Positions 1 through 9,335 of a DNA stretch of 32,000 nucleotides are shown here, piece by piece. A program made the position numbers and the translations under genes. The stretch's first letter is position 1; each line of letters begins with the position of its first letter. The notes beneath the pieces were generated by a model. The model searched no databases. It saw nothing but the letters and a program-made list of their open reading frames with translations, and was not told the DNA's origin. This DNA comes from Thermodesulfobacterium commune DSM 2178. Its GTDB lineage: Bacteria; Desulfobacterota; Thermodesulfobacteria; Thermodesulfobacteriales; Thermodesulfobacteriaceae. Location of the stretch: assembly GCF_000734015.1 (NCBI RefSeq), contig NZ_CP008796.1:1110001-1142000 (forward strand), given 5' to 3'.

Positions 1-77
1 TTAAATCTTTGCTGAGATTTTTCCACACAGGCATAACCTAAATGATTGAGCCCAGGGTCTATCCCCAAAATTTTCAT
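1..77 (-). CDS. ruvC: Crossover junction endodeoxyribonuclease RuvC, N-terminal fragment running off the window edge
   Basis: The minus-strand ATG at 77..75 overlaps the yebC stop (ATGA). It reads MKILGIDPGLNHLGYACVEKSQQRF..., matching the RuvC N-terminal MxILGIDPG..GY pattern. The ORF is open-ended, so it is absent from the ORF track. Confidence 0.75.
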   Translation of the reverse strand, partial: MKILGIDPGLNHLGYACVEKSQQRF

Positions 78-823
78 CTATTAAGTTTTTCCATGATATT
101 TTCAGGGATATCAAAGTTAGCATATACCTGCTGGACGTCGTCGTTATCATCCAGTGCTTCGATAAGTTTTAAGAGGGTGTTTGCGGTTTGTTCATCTGAG
201 ATAGGAACAAGAGTTTTTGGTACCAAAGTAAGCTTGGCAGAAAGGATTTCAATCCCAGCCTCTTCTAAGGCCTTCTTAACCTCTTCAAACTGAGAAGGTT
301 CTGTGATGATTTCGACCTCACTTTCATACTCTTTGGTATCCTCTGCCCCTTTTTCTATAGCTATCTCTAAAGCCTTCTCTTCATCCTTTTTAGGTACAAC
401 GATCAATCCTTTGTGTTCAAAGATCCAAGAAACTGCCCCTGGCTCTGCCAAATTACCCCCATGTTTACTAAAAATATGTCTTACCTCAGAAACAGTTCTT
501 CTCCTATTATCGGTGATAGCATGGACCAAGATGGCAACCCCACCAGGACCATACCCTTCAAACACCGCCTCTTCATAATTAGTCCCTTCTTCTTGCCCTA
601 AGGCTTTTTTTATGGCCCTTTCGATGTTTTCTTTGGGCATGTTAGCTGCTCTTGCCGCCTGGATAGCTGCCCTTAACCTTGGATTTAAATCAGGGTCTCC
701 ACTTCCACCCGTCCTTACAGCAACCACGATTTCTCTTATCAGTTTAGTAAATATTTGACCTCTTTTAGCATCTTGAGCCGCTTTTTTTCTTTTTATTTGT
801 GCCCAATGGGAATGTCCAGCCAT
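74..823 (-). CDS. yebC: YebC/PmpR family DNA-binding transcriptional regulator
   Basis: 249 aa. The N-terminus MAGHSHWAQIKRKKAAQDAKRG is the YebC-family signature. The yebC-ruvC adjacency is typical. Confidence 0.9.
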   Translation of the reverse strand: MAGHSHWAQIKRKKAAQDAKRGQIFTKLIREIVVAVRTGGSGDPDLNPRLRAAIQAARAANMPKENIERAIKKALGQEEGTNYEEAVFEGYGPGGVAILVHAITDNRRRTVSEVRHIFSKHGGNLAEPGAVSWIFEHKGLIVVPKKDEEKALEIAIEKGAEDTKEYESEVEIITEPSQFEEVKKALEEAGIEILSAKLTLVPKTLVPISDEQTANTLLKLIEALDDNDDVQQVYANFDIPENIMEKLNR

Positions 824-911
824 AATACCACCCCTTTAAAATTTTTTATAAGTATAATAGGTCTTGCCAAAAATTCAAACTCTATTAAAATAGGTTTTTA
901 ATAAATTTTCC

Positions 912-996
912 GCCGGGGTGGCGGAATTGGCAGACGCGGTGGACTCAAAATCCACTGGGGTTCACCCCCGTGCGGGTTCGACTCCCGCCCCCGGCA
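912..996 (+). tRNA. tRNA-Leu (anticodon CAA)
   Basis: Acceptor stem GCCGGGG/CCCCGGC. Anticodon stem GTGGA/TCCAC with loop CTCAAAA. Long variable arm (class II). T-arm GCGGG-TTCGACT-CCCGC, discriminator A, no encoded CCA. Confidence 0.9.
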
Positions 997-1005
997 TTTC
1001 CGGCT

Positions 1006-1206
1006 TTAAACCTCTGTATAAAACTCATACACAGCAATCTCAAAAGATTGAAATTTAAAGACCTCTCCATCAAATCCTGTTCCCTTTTGAATAAGGTATG
1101 GTAAGTCATACCCGTATTTCCAGGTAACTAAAGATCCATTTTTGGGTCCTGAGGATTACCAATAATATTCGGGATCACCTATTATTTTTACCGTTCCGTC
1201 TGGCAT
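1006..1206 (-). pseudogene. 66-codon ORF of unknown function interrupted by an in-frame TAA, inside an otherwise ORF-free stretch
   Basis: From the minus-strand ATG at 1206 it reads MPDGTVKIIGDPEYYW*SSGPKNGSLVTWKYGYDLPYLIQKGTGFDGEVFKFQSFEIAVYEFYTEV*. The in-frame TAA is at 1156..1158. Further short broken frames lie upstream, up to the ATG at 1513 (MVKDFKKKRYRNLDGVIDLKVVGWFLTKKGQRKGLRR*). Confidence 0.3.
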
Positions 1207-1643
1207 CTTAAAAGCCACCTGCTTGCTCTCTGATAAGCCTGGTTGGGTAGGTTAAGCAACTGCCCTCCCTCGAGTGACACAACGATTAAGAGGACAGTCA
1301 GGTGAAAACAAAACATCTCTACAAGAATAATAATCATCTTAGGTCTTCTCTAAACCGATCGACTACCCCCTCAGTTACAGGTTCTTCCGTCAATCAAAAC
1401 TATCGCCTCAACCCTTTCCTCTGACCTTTCTTCGTTAAAAACCAACCAACTACTTTTAAATCTATAACACCATCCAGATTTCTGTACCTCTTTTTCTTAA
1501 AATCCTTAACCATAAAACCTTCCTTTTAAAAGTTTATTTAAATAAATCAATACTATATTCTAAATCGAAACTGCATTTTCCTTTTTCTAATTTTATAGTA
1601 AAATTGATTATACAAGCTTTACATTTCATCAAGGAGGGAAACG

Positions 1644-2123
1644 ATGGGGCTTCAAAAAATAATAACTCAATATCTTCCACAAGGCGTTTTTATCGTTACC
1701 TCTAAGGCTAACGATAAGATAAACGGAATGACAGCAGCTTGGGTGTCTCAAGTATCTTTCAGACCAAGACTTATAGCCGTCTCGATTGCTCCTCAAAGGT
1801 ATACCTATGAACTTATTAAAGAATCTGGATTTTTTTGCCTCAACGTCTTAGGTAAAGGGCAACAGGACCTTGCTAAACACTTTGGGTTTAAAAGCGGAAA
1901 AAACTATAATAAGTTCGAAAACATACCTTATACCTTTTCGTTAAACGGGATGCCTGTGTTAAAAGACGCAATAGCTTACTTTGAGTGCGGGGTCTACGGA
2001 GAATGTAAGGCAGGAGACCACATCATAGTAATCGGAGAGGTTGGAGATTATCAGATCTTAAAAGAAGGGCAAGAGCCTCTTATTTTTAACTGGGATGATT
2101 ATTTTGGTGGACTTGAGGGATAG
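1644..2123 (+). CDS. Flavin reductase-like (FMN-binding split-barrel) protein
   Basis: 159 aa. The GVFIVTS..NGMTAAWVSQVSFRPRLIAVSIAP pattern is typical of the flavin reductase domain family. SD AAGGAGGG lies upstream of the ATG. Confidence 0.8.
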   Translation: MGLQKIITQYLPQGVFIVTSKANDKINGMTAAWVSQVSFRPRLIAVSIAPQRYTYELIKESGFFCLNVLGKGQQDLAKHFGFKSGKNYNKFENIPYTFSLNGMPVLKDAIAYFECGVYGECKAGDHIIVIGEVGDYQILKEGQEPLIFNWDDYFGGLEG

Positions 2124-2126
2124 AGT

Positions 2127-2735
2127 ATGAACTTAGGAGACAAACTTTTATACTATACAGAACGATTGCAACATTTTTTTGACCGCTATCTAAGGCTTAT
2201 CTTAGCTTGTGTGGTAATTCTTATAGGTATAGGAATTTTATGGAGTGGGGTTAAATACTATTTTGCTAAAAAAGAAAAAGAAGCTGCTCTTGAACTTTTA
2301 AAAGCTGTAAGCAGCCCTAACTTGATACCTTCATTAGAAGAGGTAACCAAAAAACATAAAAACACCTCAGCTGGATTAATATCTGCTATAATCCTCTCAG
2401 ACTATTACTATCAACAGAAGAATTTTAACAAAACCCAAGAACTTTTACTTATTTTAGAGAAAAAATATCCTGAAAAAATCAAAGGACTTGTTTGGTATTA
2501 TCAAGCTAAAATAGCCGAATCTCAAGGTAAATGGGACCAAGCCTTCGAACTTTATCAAAAAATCGACCAGAAATATCCTGACCTTCAAAATCTAATATTA
2601 TTAGACTTAGGTCGGGCGGCTGAAAAAATCGGTAAAACCCAGATAGCTAAAGAGTGTTATCAAAAGGCTCTAAATCAAACTCAAGATGAGGTTTTAAAAG
2701 GCATTGCCGAAACCAAAATAAAAAACCTAAACTAA
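2127..2735 (+). CDS. Membrane-anchored tetratricopeptide-repeat protein (YfgM-like)
   Basis: 202 aa. N-terminal hydrophobic helix LILACVVILIGIGILW followed by TPR-like repeats (YYYQQKNFNKTQELL, AKIAESQGKWDQAFELYQKI). It starts 4 nt after the upstream gene. Confidence 0.6.
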   Translation: MNLGDKLLYYTERLQHFFDRYLRLILACVVILIGIGILWSGVKYYFAKKEKEAALELLKAVSSPNLIPSLEEVTKKHKNTSAGLISAIILSDYYYQQKNFNKTQELLLILEKKYPEKIKGLVWYYQAKIAESQGKWDQAFELYQKIDQKYPDLQNLILLDLGRAAEKIGKTQIAKECYQKALNQTQDEVLKGIAETKIKNLN

Positions 2736-2738
2736 ACC

Positions 2739-3200
2739 ATGAGCCTTCTTATTTTTAAAAAGTTGGCCGAAGAAAAAATAAGAGAAGCCATGGAAAACGG
2801 AGAGTTTGACCATCTTGAGCTTAAAGGGAAACCCCTTAAACTTGAAGAAAATCCTTTTGTTCCTGAAGACCTAAGGGTAGTCTATAAAATACTTCAAAAC
2901 GCAGGGTTTCTACCTAAGGAAGTAGAACTCCGAAAAGAGATCTCTAAATTAGAAGAACTTTTAGAGGAAGACTTGCAAGATGCTTATTCAAAGGTTAAGA
3001 AACTTTCAACTCTTCTTTTTCATCTAAACCAAATAAGAAAAGGCCCTATAAACATTCCTGACGAATATTTTTGCAAAGTAGCTGAAAAAATCAAGCTGGC
3101 TAAAGAACGTAGTAAGGAACCTACAGAAAAAAAAGAAATCGATTGGATGAAACTTCAAACCTTTCTATACATTTCTTCTTTAAAGCCAAGAAAAAAATAA
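2739..3200 (+). CDS. DnaJ-like DUF1992 domain protein
   Basis: 153 aa. AEEKIREAMENGEFDHLELKGKPL..ENPFVPEDLR matches the DUF1992 (DnaJC28-like) N-terminal motif. Confidence 0.7.
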   Translation: MSLLIFKKLAEEKIREAMENGEFDHLELKGKPLKLEENPFVPEDLRVVYKILQNAGFLPKEVELRKEISKLEELLEEDLQDAYSKVKKLSTLLFHLNQIRKGPINIPDEYFCKVAEKIKLAKERSKEPTEKKEIDWMKLQTFLYISSLKPRKK

Positions 3201-3203
3201 ACG

Positions 3204-4337
3204 ATGAAAAAGTTGTCTGACGAATTTTTCATGAAACTTGCTATCAAAGAGGCGGAAAAAGGGTTAGGCTACACTTCTCCTAATCCAGTGGTAGGGGCGG
3301 TCCTGGTAGATCCTGTTACTCACACAGTAATCTCCAAAGGTTATCATAAGCACTACGGAGGACCTCATGCAGAAGTAGTAGCCATAGAAAAAGCAAGGGG
3401 GAGAACCCAAGGGGCTATCCTTTATGTTACCTTAGAGCCTTGCAACCATCATGGGAAAACCCCTCCGTGCACCGAAAAAATTTTAGCAAGTGGTATCCAA
3501 AAGGTGGTCTGTGGAATAAGGGACCCAAACCCTGTAGCTAAAGGAGGCCTTGAGTTTCTTGCTTCAAAAGGAATAGAAGTCAAAGCCGGGGTATTAGAAA
3601 GGGAAGTAAAAATTTTAACCCGTTTTTTTCTTAGCAGAATCCTAAGAAAAAGACCCTGGATTTTACTAAAAGTTGCGGCAAGCTTAGACGGCAAAATTGC
3701 TACTTCTACCGGTGATTCAAAATGGATAACCGGGGAAAAAGCAAGAGCATACGCCCATAAGCTAAGAGGAATGTTTGATGCCATCCTGGTTGGGAAAAAC
3801 ACGGTAGTTAAAGACAACCCCCTTCTTACCTGCAGGTTAAAAAAAGGAAAAAACCCTATAAGGATTATTCTTGATACCAATCTAAGTCTTAGCTTGGATT
3901 ATAAGGTCTTTCAAACCTTAGATGAAGCTCAAACGATTATAGTCTGCCAGGAAAAGGTGCCCCAAGAAAAAGAAAAAGCCTTTCAAAACGCAGGGGTTCT
4001 CGTTTGGAAACTTCCGTTAAAAAATAGCAAAATAGACCTGAACTTTTTGATGGAAAAATGTTTAGAACATGGTATCAACTCAATAATGGTTGAAGGAGGC
4101 GCCAGAGTCCATGGGAGTTTTTTAGAAGAAGGTTTGGTAGATGAGGTCTGTTACATGATCGGCCCTGTGATTATTGGAGATAAAAAAGGAATTTCTGCGA
4201 TAGAGAGAGATCCAATACCAACTCTTAAAGAGGCTGTACGCCTTCATGACCTAAATGTTAAAAAATTAGGAGACTCTTATATGTTTCATGGGTACACAGA
4301 GCAAGGGATTAGTCTTATCGAAACTCCTTTAAAATAG
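3204..4337 (+). CDS. ribD: Bifunctional riboflavin biosynthesis deaminase/reductase RibD
   Basis: 377 aa. Cytidine-deaminase zinc motifs HAEVVAI and PCNHHGKTPPC. The C-terminal reductase domain has KVAASLDGKIA and MVEGGA. Confidence 0.92.
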   Translation: MKKLSDEFFMKLAIKEAEKGLGYTSPNPVVGAVLVDPVTHTVISKGYHKHYGGPHAEVVAIEKARGRTQGAILYVTLEPCNHHGKTPPCTEKILASGIQKVVCGIRDPNPVAKGGLEFLASKGIEVKAGVLEREVKILTRFFLSRILRKRPWILLKVAASLDGKIATSTGDSKWITGEKARAYAHKLRGMFDAILVGKNTVVKDNPLLTCRLKKGKNPIRIILDTNLSLSLDYKVFQTLDEAQTIIVCQEKVPQEKEKAFQNAGVLVWKLPLKNSKIDLNFLMEKCLEHGINSIMVEGGARVHGSFLEEGLVDEVCYMIGPVIIGDKKGISAIERDPIPTLKEAVRLHDLNVKKLGDSYMFHGYTEQGISLIETPLK

Positions 4338-4875
4338 TCTTAATTTCTTCTTTAAGAACCTCTAAGGGTTTTTCTGAAGAAAAAAGCCTATGTGCCCTTT
4401 TGGCTTTTTCTTCTAAGGGGAATTGTAAGCTTGCCAGTTTTAAAACCAACTCAGGAAAGGTTGACCTTGTCTTAATCCTTTCTTGCTGGGTTTTTGAGGA
4501 ACAAACAACCACCCAAACCTCATCAAACATCTCCTCCCATCCACATTCAAACAAAAGAGGGACCTCAACAAAAACCACCTTTTCTCCTTTTTGCCTACAG
4601 GTTTCAAAAAATCTTTTTAATTCAGCCTTGACCGCTGGATGCAAAACCTCTTCTAAAGACTTTTTTGCCTTTTCATCTGATATGATTTTTTCTAAAATCT
4701 TTTTTTTATCCAAAGTCCCAAACAACTGGTAAATTTTTTCTCTAATCTCAGGTTGCTCATAAAGTTTTTTTACTACCTCATCACAAGAAAAAACAGGACA
4801 GCTTAATTCCCGTAAAAGGTTCAATAAGGTGGTCTTACCTGTAGCAACTCCTCCAGTAATGGCTATTTTTTTCAT
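4315..4875 (-). CDS. coaE: Dephospho-CoA kinase
   Basis: 186 aa. P-loop IAITGGVATGKTT at the N-terminus, with family-typical size. Confidence 0.85.
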   Translation of the reverse strand: MKKIAITGGVATGKTTLLNLLRELSCPVFSCDEVVKKLYEQPEIREKIYQLFGTLDKKKILEKIISDEKAKKSLEEVLHPAVKAELKRFFETCRQKGEKVVFVEVPLLFECGWEEMFDEVWVVVCSSKTQQERIKTRSTFPELVLKLASLQFPLEEKAKRAHRLFSSEKPLEVLKEEIKTILKEFR

Positions 4876-5795
4876 TTTTTAACCAGGCTTAAATAAACTT
4901 GAAAATCTTCAGGGATAGGGGCTTCAAATTCCATCTCTATGTTTGAGATAGGGTGGAAAAATTTTAACCGAAAGGCATGAAGCATCAACCTTGGTGGTTT
5001 AGGAACATCAGGTTTTAACCCTCCATAGATAGGGTCTCCCAGGATTGGGTGCCCTAAAAAAGAAAAATGAACCCTTAGTTGATGGGTTCTTCCGGTAACA
5101 GGTTTGGCAACAACTAGACATGCTTTGTTAAGATACTCTTTTACCTCATATAAAGTAACAGCAAGCCTTCCTTCTTTCAGAACTGCCATCTTTTTTCTGT
5201 GGGTAGGATGGCGTCCGATAAAGGTTTCTATTTTACCTTGCTGGGGTTTAAGATGTTTGTAGAGAATAGCTAAATAGTTTTTCTCTATCAATCTTTGTTT
5301 AAAAGCCTCTACCAGCAACTTATGAGACATGTCATTTTTGGCAACCAGCATAAGACCTGAGGTATCCTTGTCTAAACGGTGTACTATCCCAGGACGTATT
5401 TTCCCTCCGATGGCTGAGAGATTTTTAAGTCTTTTTAATAAGCCATGGACCAAAGTATCGTCCAAATGCCCTGGGGCAGGATGAACGACAATCCCGGCAG
5501 GTTTGTTGATAATAGCTATATGTTCATCCTCGTAAATTATGTCAAAAGGAACATCCTTAGGATTAAGCTCTAAAGGTTTAGACTTAGGGATTTTAACCTG
5601 AATAAAGTCTTGTATTTTGATTTTATAACTTGGTTTTACTGGTCTACCGTTTACCAAAACCAAGGATGTTTCGATCAACTCTTGGACTCTACTTCGACTT
5701 AAGTCTGAAATTTTTTCTTTCAAAAAAACATCTAACCTCTTTCCTCCATCATGTTCTTCTACCTTAAATTCTAACACTTTTTCTTCCATAGCCAC
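4872..5795 (-). CDS. rluD: RluA-family 23S rRNA pseudouridine synthase (RluD-like)
   Basis: N-terminal S4 domain (GKRLDVFL..SRSRVQELI) and catalytic HRLDKDTSGLMLVAKN. The track start at 5795 is GTG; an ATG two codons downstream (5789) is an alternative. Confidence 0.88.
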   Translation of the reverse strand: MAMEEKVLEFKVEEHDGGKRLDVFLKEKISDLSRSRVQELIETSLVLVNGRPVKPSYKIKIQDFIQVKIPKSKPLELNPKDVPFDIIYEDEHIAIINKPAGIVVHPAPGHLDDTLVHGLLKRLKNLSAIGGKIRPGIVHRLDKDTSGLMLVAKNDMSHKLLVEAFKQRLIEKNYLAILYKHLKPQQGKIETFIGRHPTHRKKMAVLKEGRLAVTLYEVKEYLNKACLVVAKPVTGRTHQLRVHFSFLGHPILGDPIYGGLKPDVPKPPRLMLHAFRLKFFHPISNIEMEFEAPIPEDFQVYLSLVKK

Positions 5796-5801
5796 TTAAC
5801 C

Positions 5802-6848
5802 TTAAATCTCCCAAAATCCTTTAAAAGCAAGCAAATCCTTTATTTTCCTAAAAAGCTCTAAAGCATAAGAAGAAGGTGAAACCTCATAATGTAAAAACCT
5901 CTTTTTTTCTTCTATCAATGTTTTAATTAAAGTTGCGGTACCCTCTGAAAGATTTTTTAAATTATACCCCCCTTCTAAAGAAAACAAAATTTTACCATTA
6001 CAAAAATTATATGCTATCTCTCTTAATATCTCAGTAATTATAGCGATTCCTTTACAACTAACCTCAAGATCTCCTAAAGGATCATCTAACATGCAATCAA
6101 AACCTGCGGAGACAAGTATTAACTGAGGTTTATATTGAAACGCTATAGGTTTAAGAAGGTTTTGATAAAAGAAAATAAAGTCGTCATCTCCACATCCATG
6201 CTTCAGGGGAACATTTATCGTATAGCCTCTTCCATAACCTGTTCCTATTTCATCATAGTTTCCAGTTCCTGGATAATAAGGATATTGATGGGTAGAGAAA
6301 AACAAAACTTCATCAGTATGATAAAAAGACTTTTGGGTCCCATTTCCATGATGAAGGTCAAAGTCTACTATTAAAATCCTTTTAATTCCGTAATAATTTC
6401 TTGCATAGTAGGCTGCAAGAGCTATGTTATTAAAAAGGCAAAAACCCATGGCCCGATCTCTTTCTGCATGATGTCCAGGTGGTCTGACCAAGGCAAACAC
6501 ATAATCAAAACCCTCTTCAAAAATAAGCTTTAATCCAGTTTTTTGAGCACCAACTGCATAGCAAGCAGCCTCAAAAGAATATTCGTTACCTCCTGTATCT
6601 GCATCTATCTGAAAAGTACCTTTCTCTGCACTTGTCTTTATAAAGTTGTATAAACTTTCTGTATGGTTCCAAAGTATTTCTTCTTTTTCGGCCTTTTCAG
6701 GAGGAAAAATTTGTATTAATGGCCTTAAATCTTCTTTGTTTAATCTCTCTAAAATAACTTTTACTCTTTCTGGTCTCTCAGGATGAAAACTGCCAGGATC
6801 ATGTTTTAAAAAAATCTCATCAAATATCACAGCAACTTTATTACCCAT
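5802..6848 (-). CDS. Histone deacetylase / acetoin-utilisation (AcuC-like) family deacetylase
   Basis: Motifs RPPGHHA, DFDLHHGNGTQ and EGGY. The track ORF extends to a GTG at 6905. I prefer the ATG at 6848 (MGNKVAVIFDE) because an AAAGG SD lies upstream. Confidence 0.85.
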   Translation of the reverse strand: MGNKVAVIFDEIFLKHDPGSFHPERPERVKVILERLNKEDLRPLIQIFPPEKAEKEEILWNHTESLYNFIKTSAEKGTFQIDADTGGNEYSFEAACYAVGAQKTGLKLIFEEGFDYVFALVRPPGHHAERDRAMGFCLFNNIALAAYYARNYYGIKRILIVDFDLHHGNGTQKSFYHTDEVLFFSTHQYPYYPGTGNYDEIGTGYGRGYTINVPLKHGCGDDDFIFFYQNLLKPIAFQYKPQLILVSAGFDCMLDDPLGDLEVSCKGIAIITEILREIAYNFCNGKILFSLEGGYNLKNLSEGTATLIKTLIEEKKRFLHYEVSPSSYALELFRKIKDLLAFKGFWEI

Positions 6849-7053
6849 TTTATACCTTTCATTATAACAAAATCTTTTAAAAATTGAACCTAAAAATCTC
6901 CACACTATTTACACACTTTATTTTATACTCAATAACTACAATATTTGGTTTTTATTATATTATTGTTCCAAGCTTATCTACTTATATTATTGATTTATTT
7001 TTTTCTTAGGTTATAATTTAAAATTCCAAAACAGAACAATAGGAGGAAAAATT

Positions 7054-7287
7054 ATGAGAAAAAGAAGTAGATTTATTACAGTTGAGGATGTAAAATTTGT
7101 ATATGAAAACTATGCCAAAATGAGTGCATCTGAGATAGCAGAAAAATTAGGAATTAGTAAATTTCAAGTTAATAAAATCGTCAATGAACTAAGAAAAAGA
7201 GGAATTAACATTCCCAAAAAAATAGGTAAAAAGAAAAATGTTTATGATCAGTTTGTAGAGATGTTAAAAGAAGAAAATAAAGCTTAA
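7054..7287 (+). CDS. Small helix-turn-helix DNA-binding protein (77 aa), family unknown
   Basis: MSASEIAEKLGISKFQVNKIVNELRK is a classic HTH, followed by a Lys-rich tail. SD AGGAGG lies upstream. A TTGATT-N16-TATAAT promoter-like sequence sits in the AT-rich spacer. Confidence 0.6.
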   Translation: MRKRSRFITVEDVKFVYENYAKMSASEIAEKLGISKFQVNKIVNELRKRGINIPKKIGKKKNVYDQFVEMLKEENKA

Positions 7288-8204
7288 TCGGTTAAGATTG
7301 TGTCTATCAATCGGCAATCTTTACTGATTTGGGCTTTAAGTTCTTCTATAGACCCAAATTTTCTTTCTGGTCTAATTTTCTTAACAAACTCTACTTTAAG
7401 CTGTTTTCCGTACAATTCTTGGTTAAATCCTAAAAGGTGGACTTCTACAGTGAGTTCTTTTTGTTCAAAGGTAGGTTTAACTCCAATGTTCATAGCCCCT
7501 TTAAACCTTTGATTTTGGTAATAAACCCACACTGCATAAACCCCTGAGGGGGGCAAAAGTTTATTTTTAGGTATTTCTATGTTAGCCGTAGGAAATCCAA
7601 GTTTTTTTCCTAGCCCTTGACCTTTTATCACCTTTCCTATCAGAAAGTAGCGATGTCCAAGAAAAAGATTGGCCTTTTCTATATCTCCTTTTTCGATGGT
7701 TTGTCTTATCAAAGTGCTTGAAACCGTGGTATGATCGACAGTAACAGGATCTACTGTCTTTACCACAAAACCGAACCTTTCTCCTAATCTTTTTAAAAAT
7801 TCTGGGTCACCCTCTCTTTTTCTGCCAAACCTAAAGTTAAAACCTATAACTACTCCTTTAGCCTTAAGACTATCTACTAAGTATTCTTCTACAAAGAGGT
7901 CTGGGGTAAGCTTGGCCATGTTAACTGAAAAAGGTATTATAGCAACATGTTCTATGTTTAGACGAAAAAAAAGGTCAAGTTTTTCTTCAAAGGTGGTTAA
8001 AAGTTTAAAGTTGGCTTCAGGAAACAAAACAGTTCGAGGATGAGGGTCAAAAGAAACTAACAGCGGGGTTACGCCTAACTCGGTGCTAAGGGCAAAAGTT
8101 TCTCTAAAAAGGTTTTTGTGTCCTAAATGGATACCGTCAAAACTTCCTATAGTAACAGCGGTTTCAAAAGGTAAAGGGAAATCTTTAGGGGTATATATTT
8201 TCAA
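7284..8204 (-). CDS. ribF: Bifunctional riboflavin kinase / FAD synthetase
   Basis: 306 aa. IGSFDGIHLGH nucleotidyltransferase motif and a C-terminal riboflavin kinase domain (GFPTANI). TTG start preceded by GGAGGG. Confidence 0.9.
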   Translation of the reverse strand: MKIYTPKDFPLPFETAVTIGSFDGIHLGHKNLFRETFALSTELGVTPLLVSFDPHPRTVLFPEANFKLLTTFEEKLDLFFRLNIEHVAIIPFSVNMAKLTPDLFVEEYLVDSLKAKGVVIGFNFRFGRKREGDPEFLKRLGERFGFVVKTVDPVTVDHTTVSSTLIRQTIEKGDIEKANLFLGHRYFLIGKVIKGQGLGKKLGFPTANIEIPKNKLLPPSGVYAVWVYYQNQRFKGAMNIGVKPTFEQKELTVEVHLLGFNQELYGKQLKVEFVKKIRPERKFGSIEELKAQISKDCRLIDTILTD

Positions 8205-9318
8205 CCTTTCCCTCCACCAGTTTTAAAAAGCTGTCAAAAAGATAGACTGAATCATGAGGCCCAGGTGCGTTTTCAGGATGGTATTGGACTGACATTGCCC
8301 TAAGGTCTGGAACAAAAATCCCTTCAAGGGTGTCATCGTTAAGATTTACATGGGTAATCACCGTATCCTTAGGAAGCTCTTCTTTTTTAACACAGAAACC
8401 ATGGTTTTGAGAAGTAATCTCTACCTTTTTGTTTATCAGGTTTAAAACAGGATGGTTTATCCCTCTATGTCCAAACTTTAGTTTATAAGTAGTAGCTCCC
8501 AAGGCTTGTCCTAAGATCTGGTGCCCCAAACATATACCGAAAATAGGTTTTTTACCTAAAAGTTGTTTTACTGTGTTTACGATATGCTGTAAAGGTGCAG
8601 GGTCTCCTGGACCGTTAGAAAGGAAAATCCCGTCAGGATTATGGGCAAGAATCTCGTCAGCTGAGGTATAGCACGGAAACACCAAACACTCGGCATCTCT
8701 TTCTACAAACAACCTTAACTGATTAAACTTTAACCCACAGTCTAACACCGCTATTTTGTACTTAGCTTCCCCCTTAAAAGTGGTTAACCTTTCCTTCCCC
8801 TGTTTTCCGTAGTAATAAGGCTCTTTACAAGTAACATATTGGACTAAATCCCTACCTACGTAATCAGGACTCTCTTTTATCTTTTCTAAAAATTTTTTAG
8901 GATCCAAAGTCTCGGTGGTTATTCCTCCCTTCATAGAACCGTAAAGTCTAAGGTGCCTGGTTAAAGCTCTGGTGTCTATTCCCTCTACCGCCAAAACGTT
9001 ATTTTCAATCAACCACTCTCCTAAAGACTTTTCAGCCCTCCAGTTGCTGTAAAAAGGTTGATATTCTCTTACGATAAAACCCGCTACTTGAATCCTTTCG
9101 CTTTCCATATCTTCAGAATTGATCCCATAGTTTCCGATAAGAGGATAAGTCATGGTTACTATCTGACCATAATAAGAGGGGTCGGTAAGTATTTCTTGAT
9201 AACCGGTCATCCCTGTGTTAAACACTATTTCACCATAGGTTTCTCCGGTTATGGTAAAAGACCTTCCCCAAAAGTAGGTTCCGTCTTCTAACATTACCAA
9301 GGCTTTTGGTTTGTCCAT
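8185..9318 (-). CDS. carA: Carbamoyl-phosphate synthase small (glutaminase) subunit
   Basis: 377 aa. GICLGHQ catalytic Cys motif, and an N-terminus typical of CarA (LEDGTYFWGRSFT). Confidence 0.92.
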   Translation of the reverse strand: MDKPKALVMLEDGTYFWGRSFTITGETYGEIVFNTGMTGYQEILTDPSYYGQIVTMTYPLIGNYGINSEDMESERIQVAGFIVREYQPFYSNWRAEKSLGEWLIENNVLAVEGIDTRALTRHLRLYGSMKGGITTETLDPKKFLEKIKESPDYVGRDLVQYVTCKEPYYYGKQGKERLTTFKGEAKYKIAVLDCGLKFNQLRLFVERDAECLVFPCYTSADEILAHNPDGIFLSNGPGDPAPLQHIVNTVKQLLGKKPIFGICLGHQILGQALGATTYKLKFGHRGINHPVLNLINKKVEITSQNHGFCVKKEELPKDTVITHVNLNDDTLEGIFVPDLRAMSVQYHPENAPGPHDSVYLFDSFLKLVEGKVENIYP

Positions 9319-9335
9319 AAAGCACCCCTTAGTCC

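Noticed and set aside
997-1643. A direct repeat of the tRNA-Leu 3' end (att site), or a known structured RNA (tmRNA, RNase P, SRP, 6S), in the ORF-free stretch.
   Set aside because: I found no copy of the tRNA 3' segment (GGTTCGACTCCCGCCCCCGGCA or a substantial part of it) downstream. I also recognised none of the conserved core motifs of those RNAs by eye.
1500-3203. An FMN riboswitch upstream of the flavin reductase...ribD operon, and likewise upstream of ribF.
   Set aside because: The 5' region (about 1500..1643) is AT-rich, without the conserved GC-rich FMN-element helices. ribD and ribF both follow upstream genes with spacers of only a few nucleotides or an overlap.
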